From Marsupella aquatica (Eukaryota; Plantae; Marchantiophyta), in the NCBI GenBank assembly GCA_973895155.1, contig OZ316896.1, forward strand, positions 7,821,278 through 7,885,277: a stretch of 64,000 bases of DNA, written 5' to 3'. Each line of letters opens with the position of its first letter. Position 1 is the first letter of the stretch. Position numbers and translations under genes: made by a program. Shown here in pieces: positions 11,301 to 24,167 of this stretch. The notes beneath the pieces are model-generated. The model was not told where the DNA came from and searched no databases. It saw nothing but the letters and a program-made list of their open reading frames with translations.

Positions 11301-13827
11301 AAAGACTCCAGATCACGACAGAAGAAACCTGTATCAACACAACTCTACTTATGTTCACCAGGAACTACACTGGTCGATAACGAAGAAATTTCAATACATT
11401 ACATGCATACCAGGCACTTATGGCCTAGAGATATAACTGAACCTGACGAACATTTTGCCTTTCTTATCTCCCAAGATATATCCAGTGACTTACCAGATCC
11501 CCGGAATATTAAAGAAGCCCAACAACGTCCCGATTGGCCTAAATGGGACTCTGCCATTAACTCCAAGCTCGACTCACTCATAAGCCGCCAAGTATTTGGA
11601 CAGATTCGAATTGTACCTGCTGAACAACATCTCACAGGATACAGAATTACACTAGTACGTAAACGAAATGCAGCAGGCGAAGTAGTCCGCTATAAAGCCC
11701 GACTTGTTGCTAGAGGCTATACACAAATCTATGGAAAAGACTATGACTTGACTCATTCCCCGGTTATGGACTATCACTTACAGATTTTTGATTGCCTTCG
11801 CTCTTACACATAAACTCCTAATGCACCTTATGGACGTCGTTACCGCTTACCTTTATGGCATACTCGACACTGATATCCATATGAAAGCTCCACCCGAGCT
11901 AATTCAAAGAGTAACCTTCCACATTAAGGGGGAGCATCAAACTACTCTATCCCCGGACATACAGTCGGGTATTGATAAGATTGTTCCTACACAGGAACTT
12001 AAGGATTACCTTGTTCAATCAGGCCCATTGGTACCTGAACAAATAACTGAACACTTATCAGAGGATCAGAACGTACATGAAAAGCAAATTGCTCATGGTG
12101 AACATCAAACGAATTCTTCATTGAATTCCCTGGGTTTACCCACAGAGGTAAACCTCGTTCATCAGAGGATACCTAAACCTCAAAAACCAGCGAAAGCATT
12201 TGCTGTACAGGTTCTTCGATCCATTTATGGCTTAAAACAGAGTGGCCGTATTTGGTACAAGCGCTTCCGTGCTGAGATGATAGCACTTGGTTTCGTGAAT
12301 GAGGACATCGCTCCTTGCCTATTCATAAAATGAGCTGGAACTGAATTTATTATCATAGCAATCTATGTAGATGATATAAATCTTATGGGCACTAAGCTTC
12401 TTATGGAACAAACAATTACAACACTCAAAGGCATCTTCGCAATGAAGGATATTGGGACACCCCTTTTCTGCCTTGGCATTCAATTCGAACACTTACCTAA
12501 TGGCATTCTGATTCACCAATCCACATATACCAGGAAGATGTTAAAACAATTTAATATGGACAAGTCATACCCTGTCACAACACCTATGGAAATTCGCTCC
12601 TTAGATTCATCCAAAGATATGTACAAGCGCAGAACTGAACAAGAACCGATCTTGGGCCCAGAGAAACCTTACCTCTCAACTATAGGCGCCTTGATGTACT
12701 TGGCAAACCAGACACACCCGGATATCTCCTTCGCTGTCAACTTGTTTGCTCGCCACAGCTCTCAACCAACGATAAGACATTGGAACGGTATCAAGAGAAT
12801 TTTGTGCTACCTCCAAGGTACGATTGACACTGACCTCTACTTTCCTACAGATATGCCTAATGAACTGATTGGTTTCGCTGACGCAGGTTACCTCTCCGAT
12901 CCTGATGATGCCAAGTCCCAGACGGGCTATGTCTTCCTGCAAGGATCCACAGCAATATCCTGGAAAAGTGCTAAGCAGACACTGACAACAACTTCCTCCA
13001 ACCATGCGGAAATAATCGCCCTATACGAAGCTAGTCGCGAATGCTTATGGCTTTGCCAACTTATCAACCATATCCACGGATCCACCGGTCAAGAAGTCCT
13101 CACCAAACCAACAATCATCTACGAAGATAACAGACCCTGCGTTGACCAAATTGCTAAAGGATTTATCAAGGGAGATCAAATTAAGCACATAGCACCTAAA
13201 TTCTTCCATACACATGAACAGCACGGTGATCAGATTAACGTTCAATGGATACCTTCCAAAGACAATCGCGCCGATCTATTCACGAAGCCCTGACCTCGTG
13301 TCCTGCACGAAGCACACTCGACAGGAATCGGCCTACGCAAACTCTCAGATTTTCCCTAGTACCTAAATGCTCTCGACTACTCGTTTCAGGCATTATTATT
13401 ACGATCACCCTAAACCCATAATACCTGGTAGAATGGCACATTACTACTTAGCATATACTCAGTCCCCTTAACTTAACGAACTTATTACATGTAAGACAAT
13501 GATACTCTTTTTACCCCAAAGAAGAAAGCAGGGGGTTTTTAATGAGATCATGTCGTTTATAAGTTCTAATATACCCTGAATTAGGATTAACTCTATTCTA
13601 TAGAATGGTTACTTTCTATTGAAGTAACCAAGGGGGAGTGTTAGAATACACTTAACCCTAACTCATAGAGTGATACAAAGGGGTATATAGGGACTAGATA
13701 TAGAGAGTCATGAGACTAGGAGAAGGTAGTTATAACCATCCAATGTGTAACACCTTATAAGCCACATTGGCTCATGAAAAGATTATCCTTGTGTTGTTGG
13801 TGTATGAACCATAGCCATCGTCTAACA
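8359..13827 (+). mobile_element. Full-length Ty1/copia retrotransposon (Bianca-like)
   Basis: 189-bp LTRs at 8359-8547 and 13639-13827 (1 mismatch); TSD TTTAG; PBS CGTTATCAGCACG at 8548-8560; PPT AAGGGGGAG at 13630-13638; domain order gag-PR-INT-RT-RH. Confidence 0.97.
8718..13359 (+). pseudogene. copia gag-pol (zinc knuckle, protease, integrase, RT, RNase H), disabled
   Basis: CFRCSGPGHIRKNC, ILDSGTS, DVCGP/IDNAGEF/QNGVAE, YKARLVARG, YVDD, FADAGY. Stops at 10139, 12333 and 13293; frameshift near 11780. Confidence 0.95.
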
Positions 13828-16800
13828 TTTAGAACTTCCCAGACAAATCGGCGAGGATTTTCTCTGAAGGGACCTGCATAAGACTCGCCCAAACAGTTGT
13901 TGACCACATCTTTCATATCATCTTCGGTCAGGTTCTCAAATGTAGGGTAGGATTGTACCATATCCCTCACTTCCCAACATATCTCATCTCCAGTGACATC
14001 CAAGATAGTATACTCAATCTTGGAACGCCAAATTTTACTTCCCCACTTATGGGAAAGTAAAGCATAGATTGCAGCATTACTTTCACGGTCATCATTTATA
14101 TTAACAAATGACCAAAGTGGATTGTTGACAGATATATATTGTCGGATGTCATAAGCCTTCCACAATTTTCTAAGGAATGGCCAAAGTATCTCTGGTAGAA
14201 AAGTGTCACTCTCGGCAATGTGTGAGAAGGGAGTTGGGAACAAACCACTATACTGTGGATTTGCAAAAGCCTTCACTGGAGAGTCATCAATAAGTAGAGT
14301 GTTTGTATCATCATACTTGTCTCCAAAACGACTCCACACCACACGCAAATCCTTCAACATAATATTTGCTTTCCCATCTGCTACGTCCGGTCTTTTTATG
14401 CCAGTATCAAAAGCATCTTCTTGTGTGAAAACAAATTTAAATGGCCTCCGCTCCTCTTCTTTGAAAATCAAATTCATCATTTCATTAGTTCTTGGCCTCC
14501 CCGCACAAGTCCACAATGCGACATCAAAACCTTTGAAAGCCACCTCCAAAAATTGGTGCAACCCTGGCCTTTCCACGTACATGAAATTGAATCCACCCCG
14601 TCTCCCCCAATGCACACCCCGCACAGTTGTTGTAGATCTTAACGGTCCCGAGCTTTTTGTTTTGACACAATCCCAACAAATTTTGTTCAGGTCCAAAATC
14701 AAGAGTTTTCTTCTTATATCAGAGTGCAATTTAGGAGTGAAATCTGCAAAGATCCAAATGAATCAAAATTATATCTAAAAGATATAAAAGAAGAACTTAG
14801 GGTCGAACCTGGATCGACCCGACCTAATGGGGAAAACAAACATATCATTTTTGAATGTCAAAGCATTTTGATATATCAATGTAGAAGTACCTTGCTCAAA
14901 TGCTTTGTCTTGGACCAGGGTACCGCTTGCTGAAGGTAGACCAATAATATCCTTCGATGGAAGAGATGCTATGACAAAACTTAATTTGGTCTGTCCATAT
15001 ATGATTTCCAAACATAATATTTTAGATTATTGTGAAAAATAGAAGAACGAAACCATAATATTAACCTCCACTACTAAATGACCCATATTCATCTATCATT
15101 TTATCACCTAGATCACTTTGGATATCAGAATTGACGCCAACAGGAAGCTGCTCCACCAACGTTGGCGGCGCAAACACTGGACTCAATCTCAATTTGTCTA
15201 TCAGGTTTGACCATTAACTTAGGTGCATCCTCCAACGTTTCTTTCAATCCAACTTTAGGTCCATTTCTCCAAATGAAATGAGTTGCATGACGGACTGTCT
15301 TCATATATCCTGTTCTACCTATCTCAGATCCAGACTTTTGAGACAAGCATAATATTATGGGGCTTCCGCTTGACATCCTTGTGAAAACCAATTTATTCCC
15401 TGACGAACAAAATTGAGGAGACTTGGAACAAGTTGAAGCACCTGCCTCTTCAGCTTTAACATTTGTTGTCTCTCCAAGTGGAAGGTTGTCTTCAATCGCT
15501 TGTGCAATACCAACTTGTAGGTCCGTGGTGGGTGTAGTGGCCCCAATATTCTGCCAACCTGCATCCAATGTGCATGATACCTGCGGTCTCTCGGGATGCA
15601 ATTTTGATACTTCAGGGTTGAGAGGATTTGCTGGAGGGTCGCCCTCAGGGCGACCCGACATCACTATGTCGAGTTGAGGTAGCCCTTCAACACCGTAGGT
15701 AGTAATGCCAACCATTTCTGTTGCTCGAGCATCCCAATTTCCGCCAAAATCCTCCTCTACCATAGGACTTGAACCTCCATCATCATGCTGCAACTCACCA
15801 TCCTCAAGGTCAACTCGTTGAGGGCCCGGTTGGGGGTTGTCCATAGGCCCGCAAAGAACACTTAGATGAGCTCTACTAGGACCATGTACTCCCATCCGCT
15901 CTTTCATAAGGAAGGGAATCCTGTTGCACAAAACCCTTGCATATGCTTTGGTGAAATGGTGTTCTTGCAAAGTGTCTGAATAGACAAAACAATCTTGGTA
16001 TGCCAACAAGGCCACCTTCAAAACCTGCCCTTCTGAAAAAAATTGAGGACAGTCTCCCCCTCACCGGAAAAACATTCAATAATATTTTTGAGCATGTGTC
16101 GGGGCTTGGCATGCGGATTGACAAATCCTCCTCGACTTCCGACCATCTCAAACATTGGAGCTTGCCGCAATAAATCTGCCATATCAAATGCGGGAGACTG
16201 CTCCTCTGTCTTATTCTCTTTTCCCTTGCTTTTCTCTTGCTTGTCAGCCTTCACTTCAATATTGAAATCATAGTCAACATTGGGGTGAAAACTAAATTTT
16301 GAATTGAACTCTGGCTTAAACAATTGATTCCAATCAAAATGGTCTTCACCTGTAATTCCAGCAAAAATGACCTGCTCAATAGCTCCTGTAAAAATTAAGC
16401 CCTATGGATTTGGGCGATCTTCCCGATCATAACTCCCGTATTCAACATGGATGGCCAAACGCTTTTCATGTCCTAATTTCCTTAGGGCACTCAAGATGTT
16501 GGCTGGAAGTGGCCCTGGATGAGTAGTCATGACAACTACAATGGTTGTATTCCTTGGAAACTCCACAATATATTGGAGCAATACAAAAATTTCCGAATCT
16601 GTCCATTCATGTTGTCGTGCCCTACTAAAATCAACAATTGCAAGTGGACACATTGGCGTCGCCTCTTCCAATAACTTTGGCGTGGTTGTCTTCATTAGAT
16701 TCTCATTGAAGAATGTCAAGAAAGGCTCTGTTCGTGTGCGCCCAACTCCACCAAATTGTTTGCAGTACAACCCATCTAATCTCACCATTAGACTTTGAGG

Positions 16801-18715
16801 GAAAGCCTCCTTCACAATGTTCTTCCTTAATAAACTGCTAAGGTAGACCTCCCCAACTGCTCTTTGCAATTTTGTCAACTCAAGTTGAGATCCCAAGGCC
16901 GGCATGATGTTGACCACCGAAGCCCACGATGTCCCCCCGGGAAACTTCTCCTTGTGCTTCTCAACAAAGTACTCAACAATGACTTGCTTCAATTTAGTCA
17001 TTACCTTGATGGTATGAGCCATATCTGGCATTGACACCAGATCCATCTTGTTGGAGGCATCTTTCTTGAGAAGTGCTTTCTTCTCATAAACCACGGTCAA
17101 TATATCAATGATATCCTTAGAACTGATCTCCCCTTCAAAACATCTAAAAAGAGTTGGCGTGACCAACTTTAGTGGCCGCGGCCCACCATACTCTCCTGCC
17201 CCGCCAGGGAGCTTCCTTGCCAACCAATCCCAACAAATAGTTTGCCATAAATGGAAAAGCTTATCCTCAGCAAAGAGCAACCAAAAAATGGCTTTCAGGC
17301 TCGACTTTCCCATTGTTATCTTTGCGAGGGCAAACCAATCCTGCATTTACATTCATCCACCAAAAAACATGTTAGATGTTTAAACTTAGAAACTTCAACT
17401 TCTCTGCCTCGCCCCTAGAGCGAGGCGAAGAAAATGACAAAGCCATATGAAAATGGTTGGGGCAATCATTGTATTCATAGTTCAATTCCGTTCGGGTCGC
17501 TCCAAGAGCGAGGCAAAATTAAACTACAGTTCCAACTAATAAAAATGTTTACCTGGTATTTCTGGTTGTCTGTACTTTGGTTTGTTCCAATTCCTGGACG
17601 CGGTGGTTTCCCACATTCATCAAATTGCCTTCTTGCATGAACAACTGTCTCTAGAAAACAAGACTTAAACTGCATGGTCTGATTTACAACATTTGAAAGG
17701 CTCGAGTGCTCGACCAAAATTGCCCTTGGAGTGAGGTCTGATAAGATCCTCGCTTTCCGATATTGGAGTTTGCTAGCAAGATCAGTTAGCTTGGCATCCT
17801 TGTCTGCCCACCCTTGAATCCATTGTGCAGCCTTTGCGGAATGTTGCCCACTCATTGCAAGAAATTGTATCTCTTGCTTCTTAACACCAAACAAAAACTG
17901 CTTCCGATCGTGTGCCGTATTGTCAAAATGTAACAACTGCTTAGTGCGCTCTAGAAATGGAATCAAATCTGCAACATGTGGTTCCTGGCCAGGGTTTTTC
18001 ATCATTGATTTTGCTATCTCTAAGGCATGAGCCTGGTTGAACATCCGATACACAAAAACTGCAGTAGGCAGAAGAATACTTTTAACCGGGATTTCAAAAA
18101 CCTCCCTAATTCCAAAAGTGTAGTATTGCTCGATGTTCCGCAAAGCTTTCTGCCCCTCCAATACATCTCGTTCCTCTGGTGCATCTGTTGGGCATGTATC
18201 ATCCTCCGGATCCAAGACCAACCTTGCTTTTGACGCTAACACGGGCTTTGATTTTCCAATCTTGGCCTTCTTCTTGGGCTTCTTGGCGGAGTCCTTATCT
18301 TTCTTCTTCAACGCCGCCTTTTTTCCTCTAGTACTTCCTTCACTCCTTGGCTCTCTTTGTTTTCTCTTCTTCTGTGTTTCAGCCGGCGTCATTTCTTTGG
18401 CCTTCATCTTCATCTTCCCCTTACCTCGATGCTTTTCTTCCTTCTTCTTTTGAGTTGAAATCCACTTCATGCAAGCATCTTCGTCAAACTCATCAGAGAA
18501 AATAAAACTCTTATCAATTGCTTGCTCATATGAAAAGCGTGTTGTTTCAATCATCCTCTAGACAACCCATGTGTTAGGAAGATCTATAAGGTCCGGATGA
18601 TCATGCATGTACCGCTTCACAGAGAGGAATCCAAAGACAACATCAACCCCACTCAATTTGAATTTTCCATGCCTCTCAAGAACATCCTCTACAGTGAACC
18701 CATCTGGAAGAAATC

Positions 18716-21700
18716 TGTGGTGCGTCCCATGGCTCCCTAAACCCAAGAAACCCCCTAGCTCAAGCCGATTCCCGCAGGTTTCATGCTTGGCGAGGCCGTT
18801 TCCGTGGCTTAGCGGCATGGGACGCTGCTAACCTTCTACTACTACTATTAACATTTTACACACATATACTGGACAGATCCTTCATCGGGTCATGAGATAC
18901 GTAGCCGGCCTAATATAGGCCTTCCCCTGTCTTCCCCTGTCTTCCCCTCCGTCTTGTTAGGTATGTTTGGATTCCGCCGCCGGAATGATCCCCAATAGGC
19001 TTGGTTAAGCCGCTAAGACCTCTCTCAGCTCGACACATCCAACTCTCACTCCCCTGCTTACTTTCCTTCCTTCTGTTGATGTGGGCACTCTTCACACAAG
19101 TTAATGCGACACACAAATAGCAAAATGACTCATTCTGACTGAGTCATACCATGCACTTGCCATACAAACAGTACATCTCATACACAAGTTCTGCGAACTA
19201 AGCCGTGAGGCCAACTCTATTCAGCTCTTAGGCATGAGGAAACATGAATATACACAAGGGTCACTGTATGACTAACCGAGAGCTTCTCGTACTACTTGAT
19301 CCCAGCCCGGCTGGTGCAAACTAAAAACTTGCTAAAGAAGAGGCCCTGAGCTCCCCGCTGCCCAGGTACTTATCCTGGTAGTGGATCCGCCATTCTTTGC
19401 ATCGTAAGCCTAATCTACTTAACAGTAATCTACTTGCCCGAATCTACCTATGTACAGCAAGGCAGGAGCACAAGTGTTGCTCCTACCAGTGGGACCGCAA
19501 TCCCACTAAGCTAAGTGTCAGGGCCGCTCCTGGTTCTGATCCTAATCCTAAACGTGGAGATCCGTGCCCACCCTGCCCACTCACGCCTCCTCCCTCCACG
19601 TCCGCCCTCCCTAAAAGGAACGGCGCCCTTGCACCGTCACGACATCGGTGGTGGATCCTTAATGGACGCCCCCAACGCTTCCTCCTCAGCCACTGCCGTA
19701 GATTCATTCTCTGACAGATTACCTGCCCTTGACTGAGTCAACTCTCCATCGGCCTGACTGGGTCCACCTTCGGCTTCAGCCTCGACACCGGCCTCAGCCA
19801 CTCCCACGGCTTCGGCTTCAGCCACTCCCTCGGCTTCGGCCTCCCCTTCCCCTAGGGTAGTTGGATCCTTAGCCGTGACCCTGTCTGGGGTCGGTGCTGG
19901 GTCTACCTCCTTGATCACCACGGCCTGTGAAGTCGTATTACTCCTTGACCCTGAAGGTTTCTGCTTCTTCTTCGTTGGTGGCTCGGCAGCTGGTCCCTTC
20001 CCCTTCCCACTTACTTCCGGCACTGGTGCAGTTGGCGCGGCTTGTCCTTCGGCAATTACCACCCCTGGTAACTGGTTTGTCCCAACGGGAGATGGACCTG
20101 CTGCAGCTAAGCATTTAAATACTGCGGCTTGTTTCTTCAGCCGCTCTGTTTGGTTGTCGGCCCGCCGCTGTAGGTTCTCCATCTTCCTCGTGATTTCCTC
20201 CAACTCCTCTTGGGTTTCATCCAGGTCCTTACGTGCCCCCTCCAGCTCGTTTTTGGCCTCCTCCTGCTCCCTGTGGGCTTCCTCCAATTCCTTCTTCAAG
20301 GTAGCCCTCTCCTCCTGGGTTGCTCTTAGCTCCTTGTCGAGCTCTGCAATGATGACAGACTCCATCTGGTTCATCTTGGCGTAAGTCTGTTCGAGCATCT
20401 CGTCCTTCTCCCTTAGGTCGGCCTTGAAGCTGGCCGTCAGGGACGCAAGCTCCTGCTGCAGCGCCATAATCCCCTAACTCGACCTCCTTCTGCTCAAGGG
20501 CTCCATGGATTTTCTCGAGCTCCCCTTTCAACGCCCATTCCTTTCTTTGGGTCTCCGCCATGGCCCGGCTGTTGGCTGTTATGTGGGCCTCCTCTGTATT
20601 CTTCAGCTCTTGCTTCCACTTCTCCCTCTCTTTGATCGTGACGGCCAACTCTTCCTGCGTCTGAGTTAGTTTATCCTTGATATTCTGATTATCAGCCTGC
20701 GCGGTGTCCAACTGCCCCTGCATGATGTTCAGCTCATGTCGTTTAATCCGCAGTTCATCTTGGGCTTTCTTGGCCGCCCTTAGATCTTCAATCTCGGCTT
20801 CCATCCTCCTAAGCCGCCGAATGACCTCGTCCTTCTTGCTTCTCTCTAAAGCCACCGCTTCTTCTAATTGGTGCTTCTCCAACTGCTCCCTATGGAAAAA
20901 GGGTCCTACCTCCAACTCCTCTCCAAAGATGCCGAGCGCAAGTTCCCCACACATCTCACCATACTCCATGGCTCTATTCTTAGCGTAGGTGGAGTAAGTA
21001 GAAGTGATCGGCATCGCCCATCGTGGCCTCTGCTCCCAAGCCGTCCTGCGGATCTCTTCAATCGTGGCTAGAGGTTTGCTTCCTTTTTCGGCTAGCCGCC
21101 TGATGTCCTCCGGCCAATCTCCTCCTGGTAAATCCTTTTCCTTAGCCAGGGCGGCCTCCTCCTCCTGCTTGATTCGCTCCTGAAATTCCTGCACCGTCTG
21201 TTTTATGCCGTCGAAGCTCGGGGGAGCAACATCTGGTGGGGGAGACTCAGGGCTACTCTGCTGGTTGGGGTCCCCTCGCACTACCCTTGGAAGTGTGGGG
21301 ACAAACCGGCCACAGGTCCTTACTCCTGGAACGTGATGGTCCGACCCATAGCCGGAATTATCATGGCTGCAGTCCTCCACTGCCTCCTCTACCTCTTGGA
21401 CGTCCGGCTTCTCCCTCTCCTCTTCGTCGGTAGGAGCTTCAGGCAATTCTGCCTCAGATTCGGAGCTTGAGGTTCCCACGTACATTCGAACACCTGGCTT
21501 GGATTCCGGCCTGATTCTTTCCTTGTCTCCAGCAAAGGGGTTTTCTCTTGTGAGCCGGTGTAGGCCTACCTCTGTAGTAGTGTCCTGCATTGTTGCCGTT
21601 GCCGTTGTTGTTGCCGATGCCGATTTCTTTTCTTTCTCCAGTAGTTTCAGCAGACTCTGCATGCCTGGTTGCTGCATCAGCAAGTCTTCCTTCCTGGGCC

Positions 21701-23337
21701 TAAACACCTGCTCGATCGTAGGACTAACAGGTGGTTGAGGCTTCTCAGCCAACGGCCTCGGCGTTGGAGCTTCCTCGGGTGCCCTTACCTGCAGGGGAAG
21801 TACCGGGGCAAAAGTCTGACCTCTGGCATACCGGCACAACAGCGGCATGTGATAGCCAAGCCGCGACACGCTCCCCATGCCGATTACCTGCTGCTCCTCC
21901 TTTAAGATCTTCTTCAATTGGTTGAGGAGGTACCCGTTGTAGTCCCGGCTTGGGTCTGGCCTTTCTGCCAGATAGACCTGTGCCTTGCCGATCTCTGCCC
22001 TCGGCAAGTTACAATGCATGGTCACCCGCAAGAAGTCGATCATCTCTCCTATGTGCGGGTTGGTGCAGGTGTTCCGGAAGAAGCCATTCTTCGTTGATGG
22101 CCCGGGGAACGACCGGAACTCCTTGTCAGGCAGGGTCTTCCTGGTATCAACTTTGGTCTTATTGCCTATCGGCAAGCCAAACACTTCGGCAATTACCTTG
22201 GGAGTAAGATAGAAATCCTTCCCATATATCCTCGTGCAATTGGTCTCGGGTTCCCATGACCCCACGAATTCTAATAGGTCTGACTCCGGTACCTTCGGCT
22301 TCAGCCATGGTAATCTTACAAAGGCCTCCAAGCTGGATCCGGCCATGAAGCCTTGGTACTTCTTGGTCTGCATGGCCGTAAAGCATGCATCCTCCTCCCG
22401 TGCAAAATGTAGTTGCACCTCCACCGGTAGGGTTGCCGCCCAGCCCTTCCAGGTGTCATCCCTGGTTGGAATGGCCTTGATGGGATCGACCTCCTCCTCT
22501 TCGGCTTCTCCCTGCCTCCTGCTCTGCTGCTCGGCTGGCCTCTTTGGTGCCGCCGACCTCGTTCTTTTTGCCGGGGTGGCTTCATCGTTGACGGCCCCCT
22601 TCCTCTTCATCTCTGCTGCCGTGGAGGTTTCTCCTAGCACCGTTGCCTGGGTCCACCTTTCCGTGCTACCCTTTAATTCCCAGTGTATGTCGTTGCAGTT
22701 CTTGATGGCCTCTCGGATGCCGACGATGCTGTCTTTGCAAAACAGAAGATCGTCGAGTTGATTGGAAGTAGGCGTCCACAGGAACTCGTCCTTGATGAGT
22801 TCGCCTCCTAAGAAAGCCGTCTTCTGCAGCTCCCACAATCAAGCGAGCTCCTGCCGTTCTCGAGCTGCCCTTTCTGACTCCTCGTCCTCGTAAGTCTTGA
22901 TGTACTCAGTTGCCCGTTCGAACAGGCATCCCCAGAAATGTGCCGCTTGATTGACGTTGCTCATACCCTCCTTAGGTCGATCGTCGGTATCTACTCTCTC
23001 CCCGAGTGCTTGCCTAAGCAGCTGACAGTAGTTGGCCTCCCGTAGTCGTCTACCTAGTTCGTGCTCGCAAATGAGCCACCATCTCCTGCAAGCGCTCCTT
23101 ACCCCTCTCCTCTGCCGGTCCTTCTTCCCGTTGATCCTTCCTAGCCGCCGACGCTTAACGCGCCCTAACCCTAATCGGGTTTTCACCCTCAGCCTTACCT
23201 CCGGCCTCTGCCCGGGTTCCATGGTTGCCCCTAATTGTTTATATTTTCCTTGTTTTGTCCCTATACTAAGGTGTTCCTAGGGTGCCTTCCTGCTTTACCC
23301 ACTTAACCAGCCGAGTGATTCCTGTCTAGGCATCACA
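18716..23337 (-). mobile_element. TG...CA element family B, copy 1 (4622 bp), ORF-containing solo-LTR-like
   Basis: TGTGGTGC...GCATCACA termini; TSD AAATC (18711-18715, 23338-23342); inverted copy at 39077-43428. Confidence 0.9.
19637..23222 (-). pseudogene. Family B ORF (~1199 aa reconstructed): plant-TE-associated globular domain + long coiled coil
   Basis: Three ORF-track pieces join after repairing CGA>TGA at 22839 and a 14-bp deletion near 20474; both sites are intact in copy 2. Confidence 0.8.
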
Positions 23338-23803
23338 AAATCCCATTGAACAAATACTAGCCTCCAAGCGTGCTATCCACTCCACGTTGATAATTGACGA
23401 GTACATCTTGATTGGCAAGTAAAGTCTCATCCACTGAGATCTTTCTCTGGATTCAATAATGATTGTAACATTGCGGTTATCACTACAATTTACAAGGACC
23501 ACAGGGCCCAATGCAACTATCTTCTTGTCGTTCATTGTCTCAGCAGTGATTGCCTTGATACAAATCATCGACAAGTCATTCTCCATGATCCCTATTCCAA
23601 GTGCCCACGAAAATCCTGCCTTATCTTGTCCAGGGAAAATAAAGTCCTTGACATCCTCGGCCATAATATTTAACTCTGGGGATCCAAGTTGTTCTCCTGG
23701 CAAAACAAATTGAAATGACAAACATTAAAGCAAGAGATCTTCTGTGTTGCCTCGCCCCTAGAGCAAGCTGGAGACAAGGTCTGCATCAACAAACATGAGG
23801 GTT

Positions 23804-24167
23804 GGGTCGCTCCTGGAGCGACCCTAGGAAAACTTAAATCAAGGTCCAACCAACAACAAATTTGGGTCGCTCCTGGAGCGACCCTAGGAAAACTTAAATC
23901 AAGGTCCAACCAACAACAAATTTGGGTCGCTCCTGGAGCAACCCTAGGAAAACTTAAATCAAAGTCCAACCAACAACAAAGTTGGGTCGCTCCTAGAGCG
24001 ACCCTAGGAAAACTTAAATCAAGGTCCAACCAACAACAAAGTTGGGTCGCTCCTGGAGCGACCCTAGGAAAACTTAAATCAAGGTCCAACCAACAACAAA
24101 GTTGGGTCGCTCTTGGAGCGACCCATGACAAATCTTAGGCAAGATAGGGTTGCTCTAAGAGCGACCC
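23804..24167. repeat. 60-bp tandem repeat with palindromic core GGGTCGCTC-CTG-GAGCGACCC, in a predicted intron
   Basis: Cores at 23804, 23864, 23924, 23984, 24044, 24104 and a variant at 24147; linkers are near-identical. Confidence 0.95.

Larger units (their letters stand above)
8197..14743 (-). pseudogene. FCP1/NIF-like HAD-domain gene (copy 1) with C-terminal CCCH-like motif, disrupted by the copia insertion
   Basis: KLLILDLN..ERPGLHQFL..DVALWT..KDL..W..NTLLIDDSPVKA. Frame resumes after the copia: EVLKTRDLTSKF...CTRDRLYDPNGERLTCSNQSCRHIH...ILDD*, stop at 8197. Splice acceptor TTTGCAG| at 14744. Confidence 0.75.

Noticed and set aside
23670-24131. 153-aa repetitive ORF
   Set aside because: By-product of a stop-free 60-bp tandem unit inside a predicted intron.
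23804-24167. CRISPR-like array of palindromic repeats
   Set aside because: The spacers are near-identical, no cas genes are present, and the context is a eukaryotic intron: a tandem repeat.
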